64,000 nucleotides of DNA from Verrucomicrobia subdivision 6 bacterium (GTDB taxonomy: Bacteria; Verrucomicrobiota; Verrucomicrobiia; Methylacidiphilales; Verrucolacustridaceae): contig CAMBGW010000001.1 of the NCBI GenBank assembly GCA_945866245.1, positions 451 to 64,450 of the forward strand, given 5' to 3'. The notes beneath the pieces are model-generated. The model had not been told where the DNA came from and did no database searches. It saw nothing but the letters and a program-made list of their open reading frames with translations. Of the stretch, positions 29,862-38,495 are shown one piece after another (position 1 is the stretch's first letter; each line of letters starts with the position of its first letter). A program made the translations under genes and the position numbers.

Positions 29862-30959
29862 ATGGCAACGACTCAAGAGCAGGGCAAACCTCAACACCTG
29901 ATGGTTGGAGGGGGGGATGAGCCTGAGGTTTCTCGACGGGCGCGGGAGCTTTTTGCGCAGTGGGCTCCAGAGGATCCGCTGAATGCGGAGAAGGTGGATG
30001 GGCGGGTCGAGACGGTGGAAGGGGCGCTGCAGGCGATCGCAAAAACGAGGGAGGGGTTGGAGACTCTACCCTTTTTAGGAGGGCGAAAGTTGGTTTGGTT
30101 AGCAGACTGCACTTTTCTAGGAGATAACGTTGCGGGGCGAAATAAGGATGTGCTCGATTCGATGGCTTCGTTGCATGAGTTGTTGGCCACTTTGCCGCCT
30201 GGGGAGGCGCAGCTTTTGGTTTCGGCTCCTGGGGTGGATAAGAGAAGATCTTTTTTTCGTCAGTTTGAAAAGCTGGGTCAGGTTGAGGTTTTCGATCCGC
30301 CCGATTTACGCAAGGGGCGGGATCGTGGGGATTGGATGGATGAGATTAGTGACCGGTTGCGAAAAGTGGGTTTAACCGCTGGGCCGGGGGTGGTGGAGCT
30401 GCTGGTGGAGATTGTTGGGTGGGACGGGCGGGCTTTAGAAAAGGAGCTGGAGAAGCTAAGGTTGTATTTGAAGCCTGAGACCAAAGTCACCGAGCAGGCG
30501 GTGCGGGAGGTGGGGGCGGGGCGAAGAGAGTTGGAGGTTTGGGATTGGTGTGATGCGGTGGTGGCGGGAAAGTTGGGCCCTGCGAGGGCGGGGTTGCGCC
30601 GGTTGTTAGACCAAGGAGAAAGCGATGTGGGTTTAGTGATGATCTTGGCGGGAAGTTTACGTTTGGCGGCGTTGGGCAAGGCACTGCAGGAGGCGAGGAT
30701 GTTGCGACTCCCTGCCCCAGGTGGGTATGGGCAACCGGCTCTGGACTCAGCAGCGGACCCATTTTTGCCGCGAAATGCCAAAGGGGAGAAGCCGAACCTA
30801 TGGCGGTTGGGAAAAGTTACAGGGCTTTGCGCTCATCGGCCTGCTTCGGGTTTACGAAGAGCTTTGTATCGGTTGCATGAGTTGCAGATCGAGCTGGTCT
30901 CAGGTGGGGATCGGATTCGCGCGTTGGAGGAAGGGGTTTTGAGACTCTGTCTGGATTAA
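29862..30959 (+). CDS. holA: DNA polymerase III subunit delta
   Basis: LETLPFLGGRKLVW, VDKR, L..ELEKL.LY motifs; start ATG 29862. Confidence 0.85.
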   Translation: MATTQEQGKPQHLMVGGGDEPEVSRRARELFAQWAPEDPLNAEKVDGRVETVEGALQAIAKTREGLETLPFLGGRKLVWLADCTFLGDNVAGRNKDVLDSMASLHELLATLPPGEAQLLVSAPGVDKRRSFFRQFEKLGQVEVFDPPDLRKGRDRGDWMDEISDRLRKVGLTAGPGVVELLVEIVGWDGRALEKELEKLRLYLKPETKVTEQAVREVGAGRRELEVWDWCDAVVAGKLGPARAGLRRLLDQGESDVGLVMILAGSLRLAALGKALQEARMLRLPAPGGYGQPALDSAADPFLPRNAKGEKPNLWRLGKVTGLCAHRPASGLRRALYRLHELQIELVSGGDRIRALEEGVLRLCLD

Positions 30960-30987
30960 GGAGAGAGGGCGGGGTAGGGTTGGTACT

Positions 30988-31935
30988 ATGTTAGGAGAAG
31001 ATCCTAGGGAGAATTGGCTGGCAGAGTGGTTTCGTGGATTGACCATGGGAGTGCGAATTCAGATTATTTTATTCAGCGTGGTGGGGATTGTTTTGGCTGT
31101 GGCGGGAGGAATCGCACTGATTCAGGAGCCCACGGTCCTTTTACCTTTGGTGGCTCCGGATTCGAAGCCGGTTCCAGGAGAGCCAACCCGAGTGAAGGCA
31201 ACGAATGCGGTCAAGGATTGGCGAAATGCGGAAAGCATGAAAAAGGAGATCCCCCAAGGATCACAAGTGGGAGCCGAGGGTAAGGGGGAGGTGGAAGCGA
31301 TGCGCAAATTGGTGGCGATGGAGCCAAATGATTCTGATAGTTGGAATCGGCTGGGTAAAAGTCTCTACACCTCAGGTCAGAATGCTGAAGCGGTTCGTGC
31401 TTTTCAGCGAGCGCTTGAGATCAAGCCAGGGGTGGCGGAGGTTTTGACGAACCTGGGGGTAACGCTCAAAACAACTGGAGAGATGACAGAGTACGAAAAA
31501 ATTGTTCAGAGCCTTGCCCTGGTGGACCCAAAATTAGCCCGAGATTTGATGGAGTTCTCGCCGGAGAAGATTGGCCCCCCCGTCACCGGAGGCCAAGGAG
31601 GAGGGGCTTCGGCTGAGCCTTCTGCACGAACCGATGAGTCGGGCGAGATTGGGGCCTTGCGAAAGCTGGTGGCGATGGATCCAAAGGATGCGGATAGTTG
31701 GGATCGGTTAGGGAAGGCGCTTTTTGTAGCTCAGAAACTGGACGAAGCGATTCAGAGTTTTGAAAAGTCGCTCGAATTGAAACCAGATGTCGTGGAGGTG
31801 TTGGCCAATCTCGGCGTGACCTCAAAAAGCAAAGGGGACAAGAGCCGCTATGCGAAGGTTCTTGAGAAACTTTCCACTCTGGATCCCAAGACGGCCAAGG
31901 AATTGGAGGCGTATCAGCCCGCCCCGGCCAAGTAA
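30988..31935 (+). CDS. Membrane-anchored tetratricopeptide repeat protein
   Basis: N-terminal TM helix; two copies of W..LG.......A...F..ALE.KP...EVL.NLG. Confidence 0.85.
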   Translation: MLGEDPRENWLAEWFRGLTMGVRIQIILFSVVGIVLAVAGGIALIQEPTVLLPLVAPDSKPVPGEPTRVKATNAVKDWRNAESMKKEIPQGSQVGAEGKGEVEAMRKLVAMEPNDSDSWNRLGKSLYTSGQNAEAVRAFQRALEIKPGVAEVLTNLGVTLKTTGEMTEYEKIVQSLALVDPKLARDLMEFSPEKIGPPVTGGQGGGASAEPSARTDESGEIGALRKLVAMDPKDADSWDRLGKALFVAQKLDEAIQSFEKSLELKPDVVEVLANLGVTSKSKGDKSRYAKVLEKLSTLDPKTAKELEAYQPAPAK

Positions 31936-31949
31936 CTTCAGGCTTCTGG

Positions 31950-32510
31950 TTAGACCTTGAGGAGTTCGGTTTCCTTGCCGGTGACAAGGGCTTCGATTTT
32001 TCCTGTATATTGATCGGTAAGTTTTTGGACCTCTTTTTCGCCTAGGCTTAATTCATCCTCGGTAATCTTTCCGTCCTTTTGCTCTTTTTTCAGTGCCTCA
32101 AGGCCGTGGCGACGTTCGTGACGCAGTGCGACCCGACCATCCTCAGCCAGTTTTCCGATGAGTTTAATTAGATCTCTGCGTCGCTCCTCTGAGAGTTGGG
32201 GAATAGGGAGGCGAATGATTTTGCCATCGACTTGGGGGGTAATGCCCAGCTGAGACTCCTCCAACGCTTTTCGCACGGGATCGACGGTGGTGGCATCCCA
32301 AGGTTGGACAACAAGGAGGCGAGGTTCGGGAGCAGTGATGCCCGCGAGCTCTTTGAGGCGCATGGTTGAACCGTAAGCTTCGACGCGGATGTTCTCGACC
32401 AAAGAGGCAGAGGCCTTGCCGGTGCGAACTCCTTGGAAGTCCTCCTCCACCTTGCGAAGGGTTTTTTCCATTTTCTCCTCGGTTTCGAGGAGGATGTCGT
32501 CGGAGGCCAT
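31950..32510 (-). CDS. frr: Ribosome recycling factor
   Basis: RTGKAS, VQPWD, P.LSEERR, VQKLTD. Confidence 0.97.
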   Translation of the reverse strand: MASDDILLETEEKMEKTLRKVEEDFQGVRTGKASASLVENIRVEAYGSTMRLKELAGITAPEPRLLVVQPWDATTVDPVRKALEESQLGITPQVDGKIIRLPIPQLSEERRRDLIKLIGKLAEDGRVALRHERRHGLEALKKEQKDGKITEDELSLGEKEVQKLTDQYTGKIEALVTGKETELLKV

Positions 32511-32537
32511 AAGGGAGGAGCGGCCCGTGAGGGTCGC

Positions 32538-34223
32538 TTAGCTTTTGGAGCCTTCGCCCGGGCGGTACTCTTCTTCCGCCTTTTCGAAAGCGGCTTCCAT
32601 GCCACCCAAGAAGTCGGTCGACTTGGAGGTATCTTCCAAAGCGTTGCGCTCTTTTTCGAACGCATCGTCGGAGTAAGCGGCGGCTTTGATCGAGAGACCG
32701 ATGCGCCGTTCCGCTTTATTGAGGCGAATGACGCGAGCTTCGATCTCTTGGCCGGGCTTGAGAACGTCTTTGACCTTGGCCACGCGCTCTTCGGAGATCT
32801 GGGAAATATGGACGAGGCCGTCGAGCTCTCCTTCGAGTTGGATAAAGGCACCAAAGCTGGCGACTTTGCTGACGGTTCCTTTGACCATCTGACCGATCTT
32901 GAATCGAGTCTCGACCTGTTTCCAGGGATCTTCGGCAAGCTGTTTGAGTCCGAGAGAGATTCTCTGGTTAGCTTTATCGATTCCGAGGACTTGGGCTTCC
33001 ACCGTGTCCCCCTTTTTGAGCATTTCGGAGGCGTGGGCAGGTTTACGCGTCCACGACATATCGGAAACGTGGATCATTCCGTCGATTCCTTCTTCTAGTT
33101 CGACGAAGGCTCCGTAGGCAGTGGTGTTGCGAACGATTCCTTTGACGGGGCGACCCACGGGATAGCGCAGATGAATCTCTTCCCAAGGATTTGCTTCGAG
33201 ATGACGAACGGAGAGGGAAAGTTTCTGTTCTTCCTTGCTGACGCTGATCACGATGGCGTCGATCTCCTGACCGTCCTGAAGAATATCACTCGGGCGGTTG
33301 ATTCGGCGTGTCCAAGAGAGTTCACTGACGTGAACGAGTCCCTCGACACCGGGTTCCAGTTGAATGAAGGCGCCGTAGGGAACGAGGCTAGTAATTTTGC
33401 CACGGACCTTGAGATTCACCGGATATTTCTCAGCGATTTTGTCCCATGGGTTTTCCGACATCTGTTTGAGGCCGAGGGAGACGCGGAGGCGCTCTTTATC
33501 GATCTCGAGAACGAGAACTTCGATCTCTTGACCGGTCTGGAGCATTTCGGAAGGGTGACCGAGGCGACCCCAAGTCATATCGGTGACGTGGAGGAGACCG
33601 TCGAGTCCGTCGAGGTCGACGAAGGCACCGAATTCGGTGAGATTTTTGACACGGCCTTTGACCTTGGCGCCCTTGTCGAGGTGAGACAGGAGCTTGGAGC
33701 GTTTTTCATTACGCTCTTCTTCGATCAACTCGCGGCGTGAGAGAACAACGTTTTTGCGATCTTCATTCAGCTTCACGATGCGGCACTCGAGAGTCTGGCC
33801 GAGGAATTCCCGAAGGTTTTTCGGGGGGTTGATATCGATCTGGGAGGAGGGAAGAAAGGCTTCGACTCCGACGTCGAGCATGAGGCCGCCTTTGACGATG
33901 CCTCTGACGATGCCTTGGACGGTTTTGCCCCCTTGGCTGAGTTTGAGAATCTTGTCCCAATTTTGTTTGTGGGCGGCTTTTTGGCGGGAGAGGATGACTT
34001 GGCCGTCTTCGTTCTCAAGCCGTTCGAGAAGGACCTCGATCTCTTGGCCGATGGCGAGATCGTCTGCGGAGCTAAATTCGTTTAGGTCGATGGCGCCTTC
34101 GGATTTATAGCCGATATCGACCATGACTTCCCGGGGGCGGCGTTCGATAATCCGGCCTTTGACAATGGTTCCTTCCTTAAAGTTCTGCATCGACTGGGAT
34201 AAAAGAGTTTCGAAATTGGTCAT
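32538..34223 (-). CDS. rpsA: 30S ribosomal protein S1
   Basis: DIGYKSEG and repeated S1 domains (FGAFV..DGLLH.....W, R.SLG.KQ). Confidence 0.97.
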   Translation of the reverse strand: MTNFETLLSQSMQNFKEGTIVKGRIIERRPREVMVDIGYKSEGAIDLNEFSSADDLAIGQEIEVLLERLENEDGQVILSRQKAAHKQNWDKILKLSQGGKTVQGIVRGIVKGGLMLDVGVEAFLPSSQIDINPPKNLREFLGQTLECRIVKLNEDRKNVVLSRRELIEEERNEKRSKLLSHLDKGAKVKGRVKNLTEFGAFVDLDGLDGLLHVTDMTWGRLGHPSEMLQTGQEIEVLVLEIDKERLRVSLGLKQMSENPWDKIAEKYPVNLKVRGKITSLVPYGAFIQLEPGVEGLVHVSELSWTRRINRPSDILQDGQEIDAIVISVSKEEQKLSLSVRHLEANPWEEIHLRYPVGRPVKGIVRNTTAYGAFVELEEGIDGMIHVSDMSWTRKPAHASEMLKKGDTVEAQVLGIDKANQRISLGLKQLAEDPWKQVETRFKIGQMVKGTVSKVASFGAFIQLEGELDGLVHISQISEERVAKVKDVLKPGQEIEARVIRLNKAERRIGLSIKAAAYSDDAFEKERNALEDTSKSTDFLGGMEAAFEKAEEEYRPGEGSKS

Positions 34224-34364
34224 ATGTTTAAGTTTCTTGGGTTAGAGTGGGAGCCGATGAAGTGGCTCCATTTTGAGGGCGGTCAACGGACCGCTATGTT
34301 TCTATGGTAAAGGTTGTTTCTCATGTCCCCCGAAATGCTTCGGGTGGGAAGACACAAGAGGGAA

Positions 34365-34392
34365 ATCATAAGGGAAGGGGCGGGGCGGGCAA
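34365..34392 (-). promoter_or_regulatory. Putative sigma70 promoter of rpsA
   Basis: TTGCCC-N16-TATGAT on the minus strand, about 140 nt upstream of the rpsA ATG. Confidence 0.55.
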
Positions 34393-34396
34393 GCTC

Positions 34397-34882
34397 TTGG
34401 TTTTCAGGCGTGCGAAGTGGAGGAGTGGGGAGGAGGGATTAGATCCTTGGGAGGGGGGCAAGGCGGGCAGGTGGCTGGGGGAGAAGGGTGGGTGGATGGT
34501 GAGGGCGGGGTTACGGGCGTGGGGATTGAGAAAAGTGGGGAAGGAGGAGGGCAGGAAAGTGGGGGTGATTGGGGTGGGGGAGGGGGGAAGTTGGCCGGAG
34601 TGGGTCGAGGGGGTGAGTTCGAGGGAAGTAGTTGAGAGGTGGAGAGAGAGATCGCCGCTATGGTTATTGGAGAGGTTGCCGAATTTACCGGCGGCGCAGT
34701 TGGCGGCGGAGATTGGGGCAAGAGGACCTGTGGAAAGTGTGAGGGAGAGGAGGAGTTCCAAGGGGGATGTGGAGAGACGAATTCAGCGGTGGGGAGCGTG
34801 GGGAGTGGAGTGGGTGGTGTCGGTCCGGCTGATGAAGGAGGGGGCGGAGGCGGAGGTTTGGGGATGGGAGGGGAGGAAATGA
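34397..34882 (+). CDS. Truncated ketosynthase N-terminal-like protein (chain-length-factor-like, no catalytic Cys)
   Basis: SPLWLLERLPNLPAAQLAAEIGARGP resembles the KS segment preceding the active site; stop overlaps the ACP start (ATGA); start uncertain. Confidence 0.6.
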   Translation: MVFRRAKWRSGEEGLDPWEGGKAGRWLGEKGGWMVRAGLRAWGLRKVGKEEGRKVGVIGVGEGGSWPEWVEGVSSREVVERWRERSPLWLLERLPNLPAAQLAAEIGARGPVESVRERRSSKGDVERRIQRWGAWGVEWVVSVRLMKEGAEAEVWGWEGRK

Positions 34883-35136
34883 AAACGGCGGAGGAGTTGA
34901 AAGAGTTGGTAAGGAAAGCGGTGGGGGAGACGTTGCGGAAAAAAGTCCCCATACTGGATGAGCAGCGGTTGGGGGCGGATCTGGGGGCGGAGAGTATTGA
35001 TCGGATCGATCTGACTTTTCGATTTGAAGAGGCGTTAGGAAAAGCGTTGGAGGACAAAATTCTTTTTGCTGAGCCTGATCCTTCGGTTGCGGAGTTGGCG
35101 GAGAGGTTGAGGTTGATGTTGGAAGAAAAACGATGA
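34879..35136 (+). CDS. Second acyl carrier protein
   Basis: DLGAESIDRIDLTFRFEEALG phosphopantetheine-site motif; 85 aa from ATG 34879. Confidence 0.85.
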   Translation: MKTAEELKELVRKAVGETLRKKVPILDEQRLGADLGAESIDRIDLTFRFEEALGKALEDKILFAEPDPSVAELAERLRLMLEEKR

Positions 35137-36260
35137 GAAGGAGAGTGGTGGTAACGGGGGTGGGGGCGGTGACGGGGTATGGAGTGGGATGGAAAAAATT
35201 ATGGGATGGGGTGCTGGCGGGGCGATCAGCAGTAAAAACGTTGGATTGGGAAGGGTGGGAGGGTGCGCCTGTGCAGGTGGCAGCACAGATTGTGGAAGAG
35301 AGGCCGGAGAAGAGAGATGAGTGGAAAAGTTTGTATTGGGCGAGATTGGCTTTGCACGAGGCGATGAAGATGAGTGGAGTGGGGTGTGGGGCGGGAATTT
35401 CTGGAGCGATCGGCTGGCCGGGACCGGGCGAGAAGGGAAAGGGACAAGATCCATTAAAAATTTTGGCGGAGAAGGCTGAGTTGGAGGGAGAGAGGGTGGA
35501 AAGTTTGGCGGCGTGCGCGGCTTCGACCCATGCGATTGCGGAGGCGTTTTGGATGATTCGGGCAGGGGAGGTGGATGAGATGGTGGCGGGTGGGGCCGAT
35601 GGGAGAGCTCATCCGGGGGGAGTATTGGGCTACGACCGGTTGGGGGCGTTGGCGCGGGGATTTAGGAAAAAGCCAGAGGAGGCTTGCCAACCGTTTGGCT
35701 TGGGTCGTTCGGGATTTGTGGTGGGAGAAGGAGCGGGCTTTTTGGTTTTAGAGGAGAGAGAAAAAGCGAGGGCTCGGGGAGCCAGTATTTTGGCTGAGGT
35801 GCGCGGAGCGGCGGTAGGTTGTGATGCCTGGAGGGCGACGGATCCGCGGGAGGACGCAGAGGAGGCGGTCGCGTGCGTTAAGGAATGTTTGCATGACGGG
35901 GGGATTTTGGAAGATGAAGTGGATGGAGTGGTGGCGCATGGAACGGGGACAGTGGCGAACGATCGAGCAGAGGCGAAAATGTTGCGGGAGGTGTTTGGGC
36001 AGAGGAGCCCATGGGTAATTGCTCCGAAAAGTAGGATTGGGCACTTGTCGATGGCGTGTGGGGCGGTGGAGTCGGTTTTGGCGGTTCAGTCGATTGCGGA
36101 AGATTTACTGCCTTCCACCTTAGGAAAAGAGTGGCGGGCGGATCCGGAGTGTCCTGTGCGTGCGGTCAAAGGGGAGGGAATCAGAGGGGTGAAGGTTGTC
36201 TTAAAGCCATCTTTTGGATTTGGTGGTCAGAACGGCTGCCTGGTATTTGCTCAGGCCTAA
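35133..36260 (+). CDS. Divergent FabB/FabF-like ketosynthase
   Basis: RRVVVTGVG, AACAAS (Cys), GFVVGEGAG, AHGTGT (His), KSRIGHL (His), SFGFGGQN. Confidence 0.9.
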   Translation: MRRRVVVTGVGAVTGYGVGWKKLWDGVLAGRSAVKTLDWEGWEGAPVQVAAQIVEERPEKRDEWKSLYWARLALHEAMKMSGVGCGAGISGAIGWPGPGEKGKGQDPLKILAEKAELEGERVESLAACAASTHAIAEAFWMIRAGEVDEMVAGGADGRAHPGGVLGYDRLGALARGFRKKPEEACQPFGLGRSGFVVGEGAGFLVLEEREKARARGASILAEVRGAAVGCDAWRATDPREDAEEAVACVKECLHDGGILEDEVDGVVAHGTGTVANDRAEAKMLREVFGQRSPWVIAPKSRIGHLSMACGAVESVLAVQSIAEDLLPSTLGKEWRADPECPVRAVKGEGIRGVKVVLKPSFGFGGQNGCLVFAQA

Positions 36261-36307
36261 GCTTTGTGGCTGGAAAAATCGGGGTGAAATGGATAGGTTG
36301 AAACGCA

Positions 36308-36634
36308 ATGCCGACCTACGAGTACGTTTGTAAAAAGTGCAAAGCGCACCTAGACATTTTTCATTCGATGAATGATGCGCCGCTGAAGGTTTGCCCGAAG
36401 GACAAGTGCGCGAAAAAGGTTTGGGGAAAAGGAAAGATCGAGAAGCAGATGGGAACGGGTGCGGGCTTTCTTTTTAAGGGAAGTGGTTTTTACATCACCG
36501 ATTACCGGAGCGCGGGTTATAAAAAAGCGGCGAAGGAGGCGACAGGGGGTGGGGAAAAAAGTGCAGAGAAAAAGAAGCCGGATGGGGGTGGAGGGGCGAA
36601 GGGTGGAGAAGGGAAGTCTGGAAAAAGCACGTGA
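36308..36634 (+). CDS. FmdB family zinc ribbon protein
   Basis: MPTYEYVCKKC, CP..C, FKGSGFYITDY. Confidence 0.92.
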   Translation: MPTYEYVCKKCKAHLDIFHSMNDAPLKVCPKDKCAKKVWGKGKIEKQMGTGAGFLFKGSGFYITDYRSAGYKKAAKEATGGGEKSAEKKKPDGGGGAKGGEGKSGKST

Positions 36635-37716
36635 GCCCATGGGGGCTGGTTCTCGGTTTGGCACTCTTTCTGTTTTCAGGAAAAGCTGATGGGGCGGTCG
36701 GTCGAGCGGAGGGAAAAAGCTTAAAGATTTCGGTCGAGGGAAAAGATTTTGGGGAGGCCACGAGAGTGGCGCAGGGGGCGGTAGCGGCCACGGACGTATT
36801 CGATGAGCTGACTTCGAGCCGTTTGCCTAATCCACTGACATTGAAGGGAAAGCTGGTGGAGGGTTCGGGTGGGGTGAGGTGGGTCAAGGAGGATGGGAAA
36901 GAGTGGATCGAGGGGGATGCGAAAGCGGAGGATTTTGCGGCAGCTTGGGTGGTGGAGGTGATTCAGGCGAGAATTCGAGGTGCTGCAGGAAAAAAAGAGG
37001 GCACGGGTTCGATCCGCTGGGTGGCGGAGGGTTGTGTGGGAAAAGCCGCAGGAGATGATGAGGGGATGAGGGATCGGGTAGCGGCGAAGGCGAGCGAAGG
37101 AGAGGAGGCGGGTTTAGGTAAAATTCAATCTTGGAGTGAGCAGGGAAAATTAGCGCCGGATTCACTGACTCGAGATTTACGGCGATTGTTGGCGGCGCGA
37201 CTTTTAGGCAGGGCAACTTCGGCTGAGCACAGAATCAAGTTTCAGGAGTGGGTCGCGGTGGGATGCCCAGGAAAATTCTGGTCGGACAGTCCAGAGGAGG
37301 ATGGAGCCTGGCGGCGGAGTTTGGCGGTGGCGGATGTGAAAGTGGGGAGATCTCTGCAATCTCCAGAGGAGACGCAAAAGCGTCTGCGGGAGTTGGCGAA
37401 AGAGGGGGCGAGGGCGGTGGTGCGGGGCGGGCCTACCTCAAATTCTTTATCGGCGGAGTTAATTCGATTGGAAGCGACGGCCGACCCCTTTTTAAGGCCG
37501 GCGATTTATCGGTATCGGCAGGCGGTGGAAGCAGGTTCCAGTGAGGAGCAGAAAGCGGAGCAGGAAAAGGCCTGGCAAGATGCGGATGGGGCGGTGCAAA
37601 GTTGGCGAGAGATGCGGGTCAGGGCGAATCAGCTTTTGGATTGGTATGAGTTCAACGTGCCGGATGCGCGTTGGGGACCTATTTTACGGGATGAGGATGA
37701 GACGAAAAAGTTATGA
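36631..37716 (+). CDS. Exported hypothetical protein
   Basis: 361-aa ORF coupled to the FmdB gene (GTGA overlap), N-terminal signal peptide. Confidence 0.7.
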   Translation: MSPWGLVLGLALFLFSGKADGAVGRAEGKSLKISVEGKDFGEATRVAQGAVAATDVFDELTSSRLPNPLTLKGKLVEGSGGVRWVKEDGKEWIEGDAKAEDFAAAWVVEVIQARIRGAAGKKEGTGSIRWVAEGCVGKAAGDDEGMRDRVAAKASEGEEAGLGKIQSWSEQGKLAPDSLTRDLRRLLAARLLGRATSAEHRIKFQEWVAVGCPGKFWSDSPEEDGAWRRSLAVADVKVGRSLQSPEETQKRLRELAKEGARAVVRGGPTSNSLSAELIRLEATADPFLRPAIYRYRQAVEAGSSEEQKAEQEKAWQDADGAVQSWREMRVRANQLLDWYEFNVPDARWGPILRDEDETKKL

Positions 37717-37734
37717 AAATAGGCAATCAAGAGG

Positions 37735-37808
37735 GGCGACCGACGGGACTCGAACCCGCGACAGCCAGAATCACAATCTGGAGTTCTACCAACTGAACTA
37801 CGGCCGCC
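37735..37808 (-). tRNA. tRNA-His(GUG)
   Basis: G-1 then GCGGCCG/CGGTCGC acceptor stem, D arm GTTC-AGTTGGTA-GAAC, anticodon arm CCAGA-TTGTGAT-TCTGG, T loop TTCGAGT, C discriminator; CCA not fully encoded (CCT). Confidence 0.97.
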
Positions 37809-37812
37809 ATTG

Positions 37813-38442
37813 ATGAGACAAGACAAGTTAACCCTAGAAGGAGACGTAGCCAAGCTCGGCCATGGGAAGGTTGTGGGGATCACGGGGGCGATGGGTGCGG
37901 GCAAAAGTACGGTGGGCAAGATGTTGGCAGAGCGGGGGTGGAAGGTGGTCGAGGCGGATGAGATTGTTCATCGGCTGTACGAGAGGGGAGCGGAGGGGTA
38001 CCGATTACTGGTTGACGCGCTGGGGGAAGGGATTCTAGATTCCTCGAAGAACTTGGACCGCGGGTTGTTGGCCGCGACGATGATACGAGATTCCTCTACC
38101 ACCGCCACTGTCAACCGCCTGATCCATCCTCTAGTACGAAAAACTTGGAAATCTGAAGTTAGCGAAAGCTTGCGCCTCCAACCCCACCGTTCGGTGGCGG
38201 TCATCATCCCCCTCCTTTTCGAAGCTGGGGTGGAGGAGTCCTTCGATGGAAAAGTTGCAATCGGGTGTCGGGAATCGGTTTCTCGGCGGCGATTGGCGGA
38301 ACGGGGTCTATCGCCCGAGGCGATCGACTTTTGGATGGGGAAGCAGTGGGCGATTGAAAAAAAAGCCCAAGCATGTGACCAAGTTCTGTGGAATGAAGGA
38401 AGTTTGGATTTGCTGCGTGATCAGGTGGATCGCTTGGCCTGA
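37813..38442 (+). CDS. coaE: Dephospho-CoA kinase
   Basis: GITGAMGAGKSTV, AD.IVH.LY, IHPLV, IPLLFE. Confidence 0.93.
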   Translation: MRQDKLTLEGDVAKLGHGKVVGITGAMGAGKSTVGKMLAERGWKVVEADEIVHRLYERGAEGYRLLVDALGEGILDSSKNLDRGLLAATMIRDSSTTATVNRLIHPLVRKTWKSEVSESLRLQPHRSVAVIIPLLFEAGVEESFDGKVAIGCRESVSRRRLAERGLSPEAIDFWMGKQWAIEKKAQACDQVLWNEGSLDLLRDQVDRLA

Positions 38443-38495
38443 ACCCCGAGGGGCAGGGCAAGGTTCGCTGGTGAACGGAGCGAGAAAGTAAAATT

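Noticed and set aside
34404-35454. Pro-rich minus-strand ORFs as real proteins
   Set aside because: They mirror the G-rich + strand KS/ACP genes.
34397-37808. Genomic island integrated at tRNA-His
   Set aside because: No integrase and no duplicate of the tRNA 3' end seen; composition follows the general G skew.
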